Of a DNA stretch of 40,652 nucleotides, positions 39,200-40,652 are shown piece by piece (position 1 is the first letter of the stretch; each line of letters starts with the position of its first letter). Below the pieces are notes generated by a model. It worked only from the letters and a program-made list of their open reading frames with translations. It made no database searches and was not told where the DNA came from. The stretch lies in the IMG/VR virus record IMGVR_UViG_2579778674_000010. One strand, written 5' to 3'. Made by a program: the position numbers and the translations under genes. This DNA is from a virus (lineage: Duplodnaviria > Heunggongvirae > Uroviricota > Caudoviricetes).

Positions 39200-39415
39200 A
39201 TGGCACAAGTAATCTTTAATGAAGAGTGGATGGTTGAATACGGCCTGATGCTTCGCACTGGTCTGGGGGCCAGACAAATTGAAGCATACCGCCAGAACTG
39301 TTGGGTGGAGGGCTTCCACTTCAAACGAGTATCTCCTTTAGGTAAGCCAGACAGCAAACGAGGGATTATCTGGTACAACTATCCAAAGATAAATCAGTTT
39401 ATCAAAGACTCATGA
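39200..39415 (+). CDS. xisR: Excisionase-like protein (XisR / YdaQ)
   Basis: Start taken at [54 protein letters not shown]... Immediately upstream of the integrase. Confidence 0.75.
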   Translation: MAQVIFNEEWMVEYGLMLRTGLGARQIEAYRQNCWVEGFHFKRVSPLGKPDSKRGIIWYNYPKINQFIKDS

Positions 39416-39416
39416 T

Positions 39417-40652
39417 ATGTCTAAATTACCAACAGGTGTCGAGATTAGAGGTAGAAACATTCGCATCTGGTTCATGTTTCGAGGAAAACGATGTCGGGAA
39501 ACATTAAAAGGCTGGGAGATTACAAACAGTAATATTAAAAAAGCCGGAAATTTAAGAGCGCTGATAGTTCATGAAATAAACTCCGGTGAATTTGAGTATT
39601 TAAGACGTTTTCCCCAGTCCAGCACTGGGGCAAAAATGGTGACAACGAGAGTCATAAAAACGTTCGGGGAGCTTTGTGATATCTGGACAAAAATTAAAGA
39701 GACAGAGTTAACAACAAACACAATGAAGAAAACGAAATCACAATTAAAAACACTCAGAATAATAATTTGTGAAAGTACCCCGATATCATATATTCGTTAT
39801 AGCGATATCTTAAACTACCGGAATGAACTGCTGCATGGAGAAACGCTTTACCTGGATAATCCAAGATCCAACAAAAAAGGAAGAACCGTGCGCACAGTTG
39901 ATAACTATATCGCCCTGCTCTGTTCGCTGTTACGTTTTGCGTATCAGTCGGGATTTATATCAACCAAACCATTTGAAGGAGTAAAAAAATTACAGCGAAA
40001 CAGAATAAAGCCTGACCCGTTATCTAAAACAGAATTCAATGCATTAATGGAAAGTGAAAAAGGACAGAGCCAAAACTTGTGGAAATTTGCCGTTTACTCC
40101 GGGCTTCGTCACGGGGAACTGGCAGCTCTGGCGTGGGAGGATGTGGATTTCGAGAAGGGAATTGTGAATGTCAGAAGAAACCTGACGATACTTGATATGT
40201 TCGGTCCCCCAAAAACAAATGCCGGGATCCGGACGGTAACATTACTACAGCCAGCTCTTGAAGCACTGAAGGAGCAATACAAACTGACCGGGCATCATCG
40301 CAAAAGCGAAATCACTTTTTATCATCGGGAGTACGGCAGAACCGAAAAGCAAAAACTGCATTTTGTTTTCATGCCCAGGATGTGTAACGGAAAACAGAAA
40401 CCTTATTACTCGGTAAGCAGTTTGGGTGCGAGATGGAATGCAGCAGTAAAACGTGCTGGTATTCGCCGCCGTAATCCGTACCATACGCGACATACTTTTG
40501 CCTGCTGGCTGTTGACGGCAGGAGCGAACCCGGCATTTATAGCCAGCCAGATGGGGCATGAAACTGCGCAGATGGTGTATGAAATTTACGGTATGTGGAT
40601 TGATGACATGAACGACGAACAGGTAGCTATGTTGAATGCGCGGTTATCGTAG
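39417..40652 (+). CDS. intR: Tyrosine-recombinase integrase (IntR)
   Basis: 411-aa ORF with tyrosine-recombinase C-terminal residues (R...HTRHTFACWLL...; Y near the end). Ends with TAG at the last base of the window, so the attachment site lies outside it. Confidence 0.9.
   Translation: MSKLPTGVEIRGRNIRIWFMFRGKRCRETLKGWEITNSNIKKAGNLRALIVHEINSGEFEYLRRFPQSSTGAKMVTTRVIKTFGELCDIWTKIKETELTTNTMKKTKSQLKTLRIIICESTPISYIRYSDILNYRNELLHGETLYLDNPRSNKKGRTVRTVDNYIALLCSLLRFAYQSGFISTKPFEGVKKLQRNRIKPDPLSKTEFNALMESEKGQSQNLWKFAVYSGLRHGELAALAWEDVDFEKGIVNVRRNLTILDMFGPPKTNAGIRTVTLLQPALEALKEQYKLTGHHRKSEITFYHREYGRTEKQKLHFVFMPRMCNGKQKPYYSVSSLGARWNAAVKRAGIRRRNPYHTRHTFACWLLTAGANPAFIASQMGHETAQMVYEIYGMWIDDMNDEQVAMLNARLS

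Overview
The window reads as an almost complete Rac-like lambdoid prophage of an Escherichia-type host, running from the tail genes at the left edge to the integrase stop codon at the last base. All identifications are by reading the sequence and recalling protein families; no database search was run. Order, left to right: tail module on the minus strand (K partial, L, M, tape measure, G/GT chaperone with an A-AAA-AAG slippery site, major tail, small tail protein); an IS1 copy (7154..7921) that interrupts a head-tail joining gene; head and packaging module (connector, capsid, scaffold, head morphogenesis, portal, terminase large and small); a ParB-like gene with a 310-aa partner; trkG; lysis cassette (holin, lambda-R-type endolysin, Rz with embedded Rz1); cargo between Q and the holin; Q-like antiterminator and nin-region genes; an AT-rich cargo island; replication genes (ydaU/ydaV-like); the racR/ydaS/ydaT immunity region; early-left genes (sieB, kilR, ydaE, racC, recE, recT, ralR, ydaC); and xisR-intR. 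The most interesting element is in the AT-rich island at 25375..27700: a tightly coupled three-gene minus-strand operon encoding an adenosine-deaminase-fold protein, a Ham1/ITPase-like pyrophosphatase and a SIR2-like protein with NADase-type motifs. I do not recognise this combination as a named defence system and propose it as a candidate anti-phage nucleotide/NAD-depletion system. No tRNA, rRNA or CRISPR array was seen.
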